Source: Chromera velia
Lineage: Eukaryota
Assembly: GCA_018398765.1 (NCBI GenBank)
Contig: JAHBMJ010000470.1
Coordinates: 1 to 46,654 of the forward strand
Reading direction: 5' to 3'
Length of the DNA stretch: 46,654 nt
Shown: in pieces, positions 35,801 to 46,361 of the stretch
How the letters are laid out: each line of letters begins with the position of its first letter
Position numbering within the stretch: the first letter of the stretch is position 1
Notes under the pieces: model-generated
What the model was told of the DNA's origin: nothing
The model's input: the letters and a program-made list of their open reading frames with translations, nothing else
The model's database searches: none
Position numbers and translations under genes: made by a program

Positions 35801-38800
35801 GACTGTCTGGTTCTGCGGTGCTTCCTCTGAAGGGTCCTTGGAGTCAACAACCGCAGCTCCGGCCTTGTCGGGATCACAGGAGAGACCGAAGCAAGCCCCG
35901 TGCTCAGAGGACTCTCTGATGACACGGGAGGGGTTGAGCTTGTAGAGGCCCTTGGGGTCCATCAACTTGTAGGCGGGACACCGTTCTGTGTGTAGTTTCG
36001 TTTACCCACATGTTAATATAAAAATCTCAGATTGAGTCAGTCAGTGAGTCTGTGAGTGCAGAAGCTCTCTCTCGCCCTACGTAGGTGCGCACCGGCGTGT
36101 GTGAGTGCTTGCATGCGTGCGTGTAAGTAAGTGAGTGAGTGTGTGTGAGTACGAGTGCATCTGTGGAGGGTGGAGGGGGGGGAGGGGTGACTGGGCGTGG
36201 GTGGCTGGATGGCTGTATGAGTGCATGCGTGTGTCTTCGCCGGCCAGTTCATGGCAGAGATTCATCTCTCAATTTACTGAATCTGCTTGTCTGTTTGGCA
36301 CACTATGCCATTCCTTGACTGACTTCCGCATGTGATAGTAGGGTTCTCCGAGAAGCGGCCGTCGACGCAGGTGATCACCTGTTCCTCGGACCCGAACGAG
36401 GGCTCACAGGATACCCGAACCTGTCCCGAAGGAACAACGAGGAACCCGTCCTGTGCCTTGGGTTTGTGGAACGCCGTCTCATTTGGCTGCCTCACCTCCA
36501 CAGAGTAGGCAGGAGAGTCCGCGAGTCTAGAGAAGGGCTCCATGGAGCAGTGGCCTGAAGGGAGGGGGNGGGGGGGGGGGGGTGAGAGGAAGACAGTGAA
36601 AAGGAATTTCCATGTGGATGATTGTCCTTCGCGTGTTTGGCTGTAGGGGAGGGTCACTGCTTTCGTCCGGGGATGTCCGCAAAACTGAAACAGACCCAAA
36701 AATGCTATTTATTATTTCTGTACGATGCGTGTACATACGAGGGAGAGGAGACTTACGCGTGCAGTCGAGAGAGACCATAGAGAATCCCCTGAGTCGCTCG
36801 AAAGGAGCCGGCTGCATCACCTCAGGGTCCCCCATGCAAACCAATTCGTCGACAGCCTCCAGGTTCCCGTCAGCACTCACGTAGCCCTGCTCGGAGTTGC
36901 ATCTGCATGCACAGGGGGGCAGGAAGGAGGAATCGATATTTGAAAGAAGGAAAATCGATCGAATGGGCAGAACAATGGACTCGAATGACAAGTTTTCTCT
37001 GCGCCCTCTTCGGAGTTGTTTTGCTGAAAACTTGAGGCCGTCAAGAAATGAGCAAAGCTCTCACATGACGCCGCAACGCACCTCTCTTCCAATATGAATT
37101 AGCCTTCCAACTTGCGAAAGAAATAGATGGTACAACTGTCCAGAAGTACTTGTTCTTCCCCGCGACCAATCTACAGAGCTGAACTGAGACAAATATTCGA
37201 TTTGCGAAACGCGAGCTGACCTTGCAACGACAGAGTCCAGGTATTTGATTGTGTGAGGGACACTCAGAGTTCTATTCGCATCTGTTGCGTTTGTTGTTTC
37301 GTTTCCTGTCGCCATCGTCTCTGAGGCGCGTTCAGAGGAAGCCAGCACAGAGATCACTCGGGGCTTAAATGAAATTGTCATGGGGCCTCTACAATCCCCA
37401 TTGGAATTGGCGTCACACAACAGACGCCCGGTGCGGATCTGTTCGGTGTCACAATCAGCAATGCAGGTCAGCGTGCGGCGTGCCCAGTCCCCCTCGACAC
37501 GCTTCACCTCTTCTTCCGTGCCTGATGAAATGCTATGATACCCAGCGGCGCACTGCACCTTCTTGCTACGCGGGTCAGTCCCTGGCAGGACATCAATTGA
37601 CCTATCGTCTGGGAATGGAGGGCAATGAGGCTCGCATTGGATCTCCACTCTTTCAAATTCGCCGTCCACACACAGAACTTCCTGGGCCTCTCCGGGAACT
37701 CCATACCCATCTGCACACCTCACGGTCGTCCTCTCTCCGTGCCCATTGCCGAAGCTGTCAATCACAAATCGACTCTTGTCGCCCGGTAATGGAAAATCTG
37801 CCTGACTTGCACACCGTCTCCTGCACTCCAACAGAACCTCTGTCCACGCTCCTCCTGCACAGCGGGAGGTGAATTTCTTCTCACCCCCCACTGCTGACCC
37901 TTCAGACGAACATTGAACTGTCACAGCCGCCCCGAATTGTGTCAACTCCATCAATTTTCCCTTCACCTCAGTGTCTGCAAATTCAAAAAAGCCCTTCGGT
38001 AATTCAAAAGGGCGGCAGTTGACCTCACACGACAACGTCCTCTCCTCCCACGCCCCCTGAACGCATCGGATCTCTTCCCCATTCACCCCTGTGGCTGCCG
38101 AGCTACCGGCAGAACATTTGAGAGTCCGGACAGCCCCGTGCTGCAACGACCCTTCTGCAGGCTGCACATGCAGCATTCCACCATCCAGCACTGGGGGATA
38201 GAGAGGGCAGGGAGGAAAGCACTGAAAGGGGACAGGGGACCACTGGCCATCCGAGCACGTCACGGCGTGCCCGTCTTTCTCAATGCCCACAGCTGTATCA
38301 AGACCTGCTCTGCAGACAACCCCCAACCTAGTGTTGTGTCTAGTGCTGTGTGTGTCTCCAGAGATCGCGACACCCTCCACGAATTTGGAAGAAGACTCGA
38401 AAGTCTCCGTGCAATCACGGAAACATTTCAATGCAGTCTCTGTCCACATCCCTCCGTCTGCACATCGGACAATATCGTCATCCTTCGATAAGTCCTGAGA
38501 CGAAAAACCGCTCCCGCACTGGATATGGCGCCACGCTCCTCTTCCCTTCCCCTGACCCCCGACTGCTTCCATGTGTCTCTCTGCCAGACGGTATCCCGTC
38601 TCAAAGTCCGGACACTCAACCTGACAGCTGCAGTCACAATTTTCCGCCCCCTTCGCTCTAAAGTCGCATTGCTCTCCTTCTTCAACCAGGCCGTTCCCAC
38701 AGGCCCGAGTACGCCCAGCGGCGTCACTCAAGGCCTGCATTCCCAACCCCATGTCTTGGGGCCGTGAGATGATGGACTCAAACTCGACTTTCCATGCAAG

Positions 38801-40012
38801 CAGAGAACCGAAGAAACAATCTTCCTTCAGCCTGTCACATCCGATCGTCCAGTTCCCTGCCGCAGATGCCCTCTGCAACAGATCTGTATCGTCCGCTGTC
38901 TGTTCCCACGAGCCCAACTCTATGGGCTCACTGTTTGCCACCTCATGATAAAGGCGGAATTTCAGACGACCCGGTTTGATCATATACCCTGTCACGGCAA
39001 ACATCCTCTGACCCCCCCTACACGTCGTTGCCAAAAACGACGACGCCCCACTACCAGCGTCGTCATTCCATTGGAGGCCAAACCGAAATTCCGCTAAATT
39101 CACTTCACCCCTCTCCTCTTCACTCATCTTGCTGCCCCCCTCTGACCCTTCTGCTGCAGTCTCTTCCTCCACCGTCTCACTCTCCCTCACCACCCCCGCT
39201 GCCGGCAACAAAACGACTTGGAATCCCCTCCCATTGTCGAACAAAACCTGCCGCTTTTGTGCCTCTTCCCCCCCCCCTCTGTCGGGACTTTCAAACAAAA
39301 ACGTGAAAGTAAAGCCCCCCCCAAACCCCACAGAGCGAATCAGGGGGCTCATTTCCGATCCCATCACCGCCGCCTTATTGCTCCTGAACGCCAGAGCCCC
39401 ACTCGGCTGCTCAACGTGCAGCGTCTCGGGTGAGTCTGGCTTCATCAACGTTTCCTCGTCCTCCTCGGCACTCCACTTCTCCATCATGCCAAACCCGGAA
39501 GCTTCCAGATGTTGCGGCACAAATGTGAACGCCGACATGGCAGAGGAGGGCTCCGATCGCTGCAGAGAGACACACGACCAGACAGACAGACAGATAGAGA
39601 GACAGTGAGGAAGACGGACAAGCACTCCTGTGAATCTTTTGTTCGCATGAGGACTGAAGATCCCGGCAGAGCCCTGGAGGAAGGACGGAAATTTTCGAAA
39701 CTTCGACGGAGGTTGCAAAAATTGAAGTAGATAAATGTACGAAAAAAGCAAAGGGAAGAAAAGAAACGAAGGAAAAGAAGAACGCCCAGAACCCCTTGCA
39801 ACACATCTCAAAGTCTTTGCATGCCAGCTGACTGACCGAAATCGTCTCCCCGAGCGACTGCGACACCTGCACAACAGCCGAAACACATGCGAGTCAAGAA
39901 GCGTTCACAACTCTCAGATACGCGGCCGCTCCAGACACAACGAAACGAATTACTTGCACAGGCTTGAACACCCTCATGATGTGCACATGCACACATACTC
40001 TCTCTCTCTCTT

Positions 40013-40053
<41 letters not shown>

Positions 40054-40094
40054 CACACACACGCACACACACACACACACACACACTAACACAC

Positions 40095-40139
<45 letters not shown>

Positions 40140-40237
40140 CTCACACGCACACACACACACACACGCACGCACGCACGCACGCACAGTCTGACCAGAGCGG
40201 CAGAGCCCAGTAGGACTCGCCGAATCGTCTTCTTCAT
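23181..40237 (-). CDS. Large secreted LamG/pentraxin-like + ~21 Sushi(CCP)-like repeat protein, 31 exons: 40237-40193, 39866-39837, 39559-37221, 36902-36757, 36554-36324, 35985-35755, 35296-35051, 34848-34755, 34378-34224, 34018-33755, 33460-33385, 33203-33013, 32408-32252, 31963-31866, 31450-31346, 30816-30646, 30410-30171 (in-frame TAA), 29781-29659, 29458-29372, 29015-28961, 28715-28540, 28129-28008, 27805-27673, ~27391-27246, ~27050-26992, 26648-26539, 26268-26217, 25748-25523, 24940-24781, 24481-23730, 23264-23181
   Basis: Spliced signal peptide [21 protein letters not shown]; a beta-rich region ending WTIG..FFGSL; a [13 protein letters not shown] motif; repeated 4-Cys modules C-P..HG..C..G....C.DG.W....C. 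All exons join in phase via GT-AG. Confidence 0.82.
24924..25073. repeat. 40-bp direct duplication (24924-24963, 25034-25073; 1 mismatch) spanning a 3' splice site
   Basis: ACGTGGGC(G/A)TCTCCTGGCTGCATTTTTTCGCACAAGGGTT occurs twice, 110 bp apart. Confidence 0.95.
25994..26095. repeat. (GACA)n microsatellite, intronic
   Basis: Direct reading of the sequence. Confidence 0.95.
32913..33012. repeat. (TGAC)n microsatellite = (GTCA)n on the coding strand, starting exactly at a 5' splice site
   Basis: Direct reading; the exon ends at 33013. Confidence 0.95.
40014..40183. repeat. (CA)n microsatellite in the first intron of the Sushi gene
   Basis: Direct reading of the sequence. Confidence 0.95.
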
Positions 40238-40672
40238 CTCGGGTGCCTCTTGAGAAAGCCTAAAGATGACAACAAAAGCTGTGTTCTCTAAATTGATTAA
40301 AATCTGGTTGATGCCAATTGAGAATTTAAAAGAAAAGGATCTGCAACTTCCTGAGTCTGATTCTCCGGACTATTTCCTTCTTCAGTCTCTTCTCCGGACA
40401 ATCAGCGCCCGTCCCTTCCGTGCAATTGACGATGAGAGTAGGAATGGAGTACATACACAGCTGACGGGACTCGAGACAACGCGAGGGATGTTGACTCAGT
40501 TTCCCTCTTCGATTTGGTCACAGTGGAATGCCCTCAGACATTCAGGAAGTGCTGTCAGACATGAAGCATACTCTAGAAGAACGGAGTGCTGCCTAGCTCA
40601 ACCATCGACTCAGCAGTGAACAATGAATTATAAGGCGGAGGAAGAATGAAATGCAGTTGAACAGATCGAGCG

Positions 40673-40825
40673 CTGCATGCATGCAGAATTAATTATCGAT
40701 CGATGTGAATTAAGGTGCATGCGTACATGCATGTATCGGTATAGAAGCCAATTAAGTTTGACGTATTTTACGGCGCGCGGGTTCCTGGCGTGGTCTCGTA
40801 CGTTGGTATATACGATCGTATATAC
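40673..40825. promoter_or_regulatory. Palindrome cluster upstream of the Sushi gene, including TGCATGCA motifs
   Basis: CTGCATGCATGCAG 40673-40686, ATCGATCGAT, TACATGCATGTA, and GTATATACGATCGTATATAC 40806-40825. Confidence 0.4.
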
Positions 40826-40899
40826 GTGGCCCTCGTTCCCGCACGCAGCAGGCTCTGTACATGCAACCAGCTAGGTCAGTCAGACAGTCTGCATGTCAG

Positions 40900-41470
40900 A
40901 ACAATCTCCATGATTCAATAATTTTTTTCAATGTAGTAAATTTTAGTAAATTTTATCATGCATAGTCTTTGTCTGATTGATTAATTGGTATCAATCTAAT
41001 ACGCTGGCGATCGGCAGATGACTTTTTATGTGCATTTTTTGTGCATTTTAATCTCTCCAGACTCTGTCACATCGCGATTTCTCTGGGGAGAGTAGGTGAA
41101 AGCCTCTAATTGCATATTAAATTTCCTGTCAGGATGAAACAGAAGACTCAAGCTGAGGTGCTAAAACAGTAACACGCAAAAAATATTGTATATATAGACG
41201 GATTCACTGGTTTTCTTATGTAAATTTGAAATAATCTAAAGTTCTGAATGAGGTTGATTCCCCCTGCATGATTGAATAAGGTTATGAAACAACTTTTTTT
41301 ACATATATTTTAAATTCTGTTAATTAAATTTATCGATTCTTTTTCCTCTCACTATTCCTAGCTAATATTGATTAGTAATAAAGTGTAGGGAAAAAATCTA
41401 GAGAAAAATAGTATGGTGTAGAGTATGGTCCTTTAAAAAAACATACATGCTCGACTTATGACAAGAAAGA
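40900..41470. other. AT-rich intergenic island
   Basis: Compositional shift; no ORFs in the track. Confidence 0.75.
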
Positions 41471-41674
41471 TACGCACTGAATCGCACTGACACAGTAGAA
41501 GCTAACCTAGCTAAGTATCAACATGGGGGCTCGAGAAGAAACGCAGAGCGTTGGCCTTGGAAGGGTTTCAACAAAGCTTATAACAATCAAAAGCATTCAA
41601 AAGCGCTCTCTGCATGGGGAGTCACTCAGCTAGTTACATGCATGCAGCAAATCCTACAAGATGCATGATCTAAA

Positions 41675-44112
41675 TTATAGCGTCGAGTCTGGTGGAAGAC
41701 AAGAGCCCGGGAGATGCCTGGAGATTTCTGACCAGTTTGAAAATGTTTGCCTGCCAGAGGAAGAAAAACGCATGTTTTCCCTCTCCCCTTCCCCTTGTGC
41801 CCCCCAATCCATTCTTGCAGTGCCGCTCACCGTCTCTCTCCCCCCCTCAATTCCAAAAGAACTCCTTCCACCCCCACGCTCGTGGTCCCTCTTCCACATC
41901 TCCCCCCCAACCCCCACCACAGCACCTCCTGTTGACCTCCTCACGGGACTTGTATCCATCATCTGATTCACCTTTGACTTCCCTCTGACGCTGGTGGTCT
42001 TACTGACAGGGGGCCCTTTCGAGCTCAAGTGGAGGGCGGCACGGGAAGAACAAGCAAGGGAATCCCCCCCCTGCAATGGGAAAGAGGAGGGCTGAGCGGA
42101 AGGTGACGGCAGCGGGCTTTCAGGAGGAAAAGGACGGGGCTGAGGAAGGACCCGAGAAGGTCGATGAAGGTAGACAGACTGAGTCTCCAGGGGGACGGTA
42201 GAAGAAGATGGTGTTGGGGGGTCTTTTCTTCCCTTCTCTCTCCAAACAACTGCTGCGTCTTCCCTGTGGTTGGAATAGGCAGGGGTGGGAGTGGGAATGG
42301 TTGGATGGTTCAGGGAACTGTCGAAAGTATGGGAAGAGACATGATGAAAATTTAAAGGAGGCTGATGTTCTTGAGGGTCCTCCTCTAAGATCCTCTCTGT
42401 TTGATATCCGTCCTCCATCACTGCTTCGGAATCTGTATCTTCTCTTCTTCTTCTCTCTCTCTTCTTCTTCCTTCTCTTCCCCCCATACGATCGCTCCATC
42501 TCCCTCTCCATCTCATAACTCTGTCTCTCTCTGTCATTCTCGTCGCGTCTCTGCCTCTCTGCCTCCATCTCATCCTGCCTCTCTCTCTCATACCGCCTCT
42601 CCCTCTCCCTCTCTTGCTGCTCCCTTTCGTCTTCACTAGGTGTCGTTACAAAATTGATCGGCACCGTGTCTGGCTTCTCATACTGACTCCCTCCTTTGTA
42701 CGTTGCCGGTGAGGCGGTCGAGTACAGTCCCCCTATTCCATTTTCGTCCCTTCTCGCACACATCTCCTTTGACGCTTTCCGCCCCCCTTCTCTGCTTGCC
42801 CCCTTCCCCTCTCCATTCTGTCTCCGCCTCCTTTGATTTCTTTTGAGACGACAACAAAGACAGGGGATCACCCACCCCCAGAATGCGTCTCTGAGGGGGA
42901 GTCTGAAGGAGAAGACCCCCACAAAGTCTACGAGAAAGAAAGCAAATTCCAACAGGGAGATTACCGAAATCCCAAGAAACAAACCCATGTTACCCCCCAC
43001 ATTGCCCAGAAAAGATGCAACAGTAGACGCCGGCCTGTCCTCGAATATTTCGACATCCAAAGTCTCGTAGTAGACTTCAACCACAACGGCTCCCAGGTCA
43101 GTTTGTTGGAAAGCCTCAAATTCTTCGTCAGTTTCAACCCCTTGATTAGATGCTCTGAGAAGACTGTGCTTGGGGGCAGGCCAGGAAAGACCTGCAGACT
43201 GAAGTGAACTTTCAAATATTTCTTCATAACAGGGAACGGGGCATTTACAGGCCTCCACAAGGTCCGTTGACTCGAAAACATCCAGTGCGCATTTCTCATC
43301 TGAAACCGTAGCGCAAAGGGAGAAATCCCCGTGCAAACCCGGAGTGCGGCAGCCGCACTTCGCATGCGTTTTCTCACCAAGACACCCGAGCTGACAGGTC
43401 CTCTGCGAATACCCTGCGAGTCCTGGGTAGATTTTCCCATCGTCTCTGCACTCCCCCCACGGCTTCTGCAGCCTCTTCTTGATTTGTTTCCGAATTCCTA
43501 ATCGATGCTCCCTCCCAGCCCCTAACAACAACCCAGATTCCCACGGTACGCTTGTAACGTTGGAAGGGTGCACTGCAAGGAGCACTCCGAGTGTGCCTGT
43601 GGTATTCAAATACTCAAGACTGTTTACATCGATCTCGAGTGTGAGGCCATAGGAAGCCCCGGGGGCTCTTTGAGTGACTCTAGGTTGAACTTTTAGGGCG
43701 TGGAGGGTGAAGCATGCACCGTTAAAGTCGTCTGCTGTCACAACGACGTTTGCTGCATTACAGAGTGTCGTCAGCCTCTGTCCGCTGGAACATCTGGTGA
43801 AAAGGTTTTTCTCGGCCCCCGCTATCATGTTTGCTTTCGTGAGGGCACTCACGGGAATGTCAACTGCCGAGGCTGCTTGGTAGAAGTACCAGAGTTGGAG
43901 AAAAGCTTCGTCCTCCAAAAGTTTGGATTCGAGAAGAGGGTTCATGTTGCAGATGGTGATTGCAGGGAGCTCCAAGTTTTTTGTGTAGGCAGTTTTTGTC
44001 GCTGCAACAATCCATGGAGTCAAGCAGAAATCAAAGCAGAGAAGAGGACGGAGACACTCAGCAGAGTCTGGTCTTGTCTCGTGCTATCCTTCAGAAGAGG
44101 AGGGAGATCAAG

Positions 44113-44152
<40 letters not shown>

Positions 44153-45145
44153 GGGGGGGGGGGGGGAGAGAGAAAGAGAGAGAGAGGTATGAATGAGGAC
44201 AGCCCATCTGAGGGAGGAAGCGAGCGAAAGAGAAACACAGCACCTTTCTGACAAACAAGAGCCCACCTGTGAAGAACTCAAATGCGCGAAATTCCTGCAC
44301 GGAGGTAGACAGGCAGGCAAGCAGGCATTTGGGGTACGCGGCCGTGAGACACTTTGGGGTGTAAAGAAAAACAAAATAGCATGTGCAAAAAGGAGTCGGA
44401 AGAGAACGAAAGAAAGAAGGAAAGTATCTCGGAGCCGTGCAAAGCACCTCTACACAGATGGAGTGGGAGATTAGCACACGTCTCCACAAATCGGTCTACG
44501 CGTGATTGAAGGAAACTCGACTGAAACTCCGACAAGTCCTTTCAACTAGGTAGTGCGTGCAACGTAACCTCATAACCTCATCGATACGCACACGTGCACC
44601 GCCATGAAGCAGAAACAACCCTAGCCTAACGCTGTGTGAACACAGGCCCGAAGTATACAGACTTTGAAATGGGTTACTCGCAAGACTCCGAAGCACGTCT
44701 GGAATGTACTCCAAGAAATATGAAACAGAGTATTATATATATATATAGAGCGTCTCCAGCGTCAGTGTCTCTATGCGTAAATGATGTGCCTCTCAGATGC
44801 GCCACTGCGTGTCTGTCAAGTACATTTGAAAGTACACGAATCGAATGGAACAGGCAGACGCTGATGCATGTCATGGATTGGTCTGCAAATATATATCGAA
44901 GCAAAAACATATATAACCAATGCATGTAGTGACCGACCGACCAGATACAGATTGACGATGATGGCCAAGAGCCCTGCCACAGCCCCGAACGAAACAAGAC
45001 ACCATGAGATTCTTCACTTGACAGACTCTCTTTGGAAGGCCTTTGAGAAGCCATGGAGACTCCAGGACCCGATATGCTCAGAGGAGAGCTCACACACGGA
45101 GACCGGATCGCCGTCATCAAGCTCTTCTTGTTTCTGCCCCCCCAT
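41675..45145 (-). CDS. DEG/ENaC (ASIC-like) channel; exons 45145-44942 (in-frame TGA at 45016-45014), 44294-44267, 44001-41675; may be a recoded gene or a recent pseudogene
   Basis: N-terminal SLHG motif; TM1 (ISWCLVSFGAVAGLLAIIVNLYL); LPAITICNMNP; GLTLEIDV; PWGEC; Cys-rich thumb YSQRTCQLGC..CGC..C..C..CKCPVPC; VYYETL; TM2 FLGNVGGNMGLFLGISVISLLEF with the GxS filter. Confidence 0.9.
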
Positions 45146-45779
45146 TTCAATCAGCTTTCCCTCTCTGTGTCTCCTGTTTTACCTTGATGTTGGCAGCTTT
45201 TTGAAGAGAGATGAGCTCGGGTTCAATCAAACGCGCCGGACTGTTGATTTGTACAAGACACACGCAGGCATATAGATGAGGCGTTCTTCTGTTGCTTGTT
45301 TTTGACAACACGTGCAGAAATTTGGATGATCACTTCAAATTTAACGCAGATCTCCGCCATCTCCAACACCAGCCTGGCGCGTCCAACTGACTGCCTGTGC
45401 AGCGCTTCTGCTATTCACTTGTTCGTCCGTGAAAACTTCCAGCAATTATAAAACATGTGCATTGCAAATTTATAGACGGCGATCATAAACAATTAATCCT
45501 TTTTTTTTTTTTTTTGCATGCAATGTACGTATTAATAACTAAAAAAAAAAGAGCGAATACACGCATGCAGCAGTCGCAGGGGATCCGGCTGGGGACACGC
45601 ACAAGGAAAAAATCCAGCTAAAACTCCAACACGCAGCTCCAGCACTGTTTGCCAAGACAAGACAGGACAAGACTGTACGTATATGTTACTACTACGAGAC
45701 GAGACGAGGGGAACGCGCCTATACAGGATCGATCCAAAGCTGGCAGCCATACATGATGCATAGGTACATCCTTCTCCCC

Positions 45780-46145
45780 AGCCGGGATTTTAGCCTGACA
45801 ACATTTTATTTATCTTAGTTGATCATAGTTTAACATCTTCAAAAACTCAATTAAACTTAATTAATGAATCGCTCGATCTCACAGGTACTCCTAACCGGAG
45901 TCCCTTCAAAAACTAAAAGTGACTAAAAAGGAAAGTTTTTCTCCTTTAGTAGACCCTCACTACCCCTCACAAGAGAGATCGATTGACACTATATTTTTAT
46001 AAGCCGATTTCTAGCAATAAACTGCGAAGATTCGATCCTGAAATATAAAGTCTATCCTCTTCTAGATCCTATCCTACGATTCCTATCCTATTTAAATTCT
46101 TAAACCAACTCCTATAGTATGCATTATATGTATCATATACTAATT
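45780..46145. other. AT-rich intergenic island upstream of the DEG/ENaC gene
   Basis: Compositional shift; short internal repeats CTTCAAAAACT x2 and TCCTATCCTA x2. Confidence 0.7.
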
Positions 46146-46264
46146 TGCATAAATTTGTGCACAGATGTCACGGGATTAAAAATTACGTCATCTGCCGTCT
46201 AAAATTGAGAACTAACATACAAGTTCGTTGTGGAACAACGGAACAACAGAAGTTTCTCATACAG

Positions 46265-46266
46265 AA

Positions 46267-46298
<32 letters not shown>

Positions 46299-46321
46299 AA
46301 AAAGAAAGAAAGAAAGAAAAA

Positions 46322-46361
<40 letters not shown>
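46265..46361. repeat. (AAAG)n microsatellite
   Basis: Direct reading of the sequence. Confidence 0.95.

Noticed and set aside
8079..36582. Long G/C homopolymers with single N (8085, 14661, 36569) as G-quadruplex elements
   Set aside because: Their lengths are unreliable at assembly ambiguities, so no structural claim can be supported.
30376..45016. Genome-wide stop-codon reassignment (TGA=Trp or TAA=Gln)
   Set aside because: TGA and TAA terminate the modelled genes, TGG/CAA/CAG are used normally, and thousands of codons contain only two internal stops.
45014..45016. Selenocysteine codon
   Set aside because: The position is not a Cys/redox site in DEG/ENaC and I could not identify a SECIS by eye; not formally excluded.
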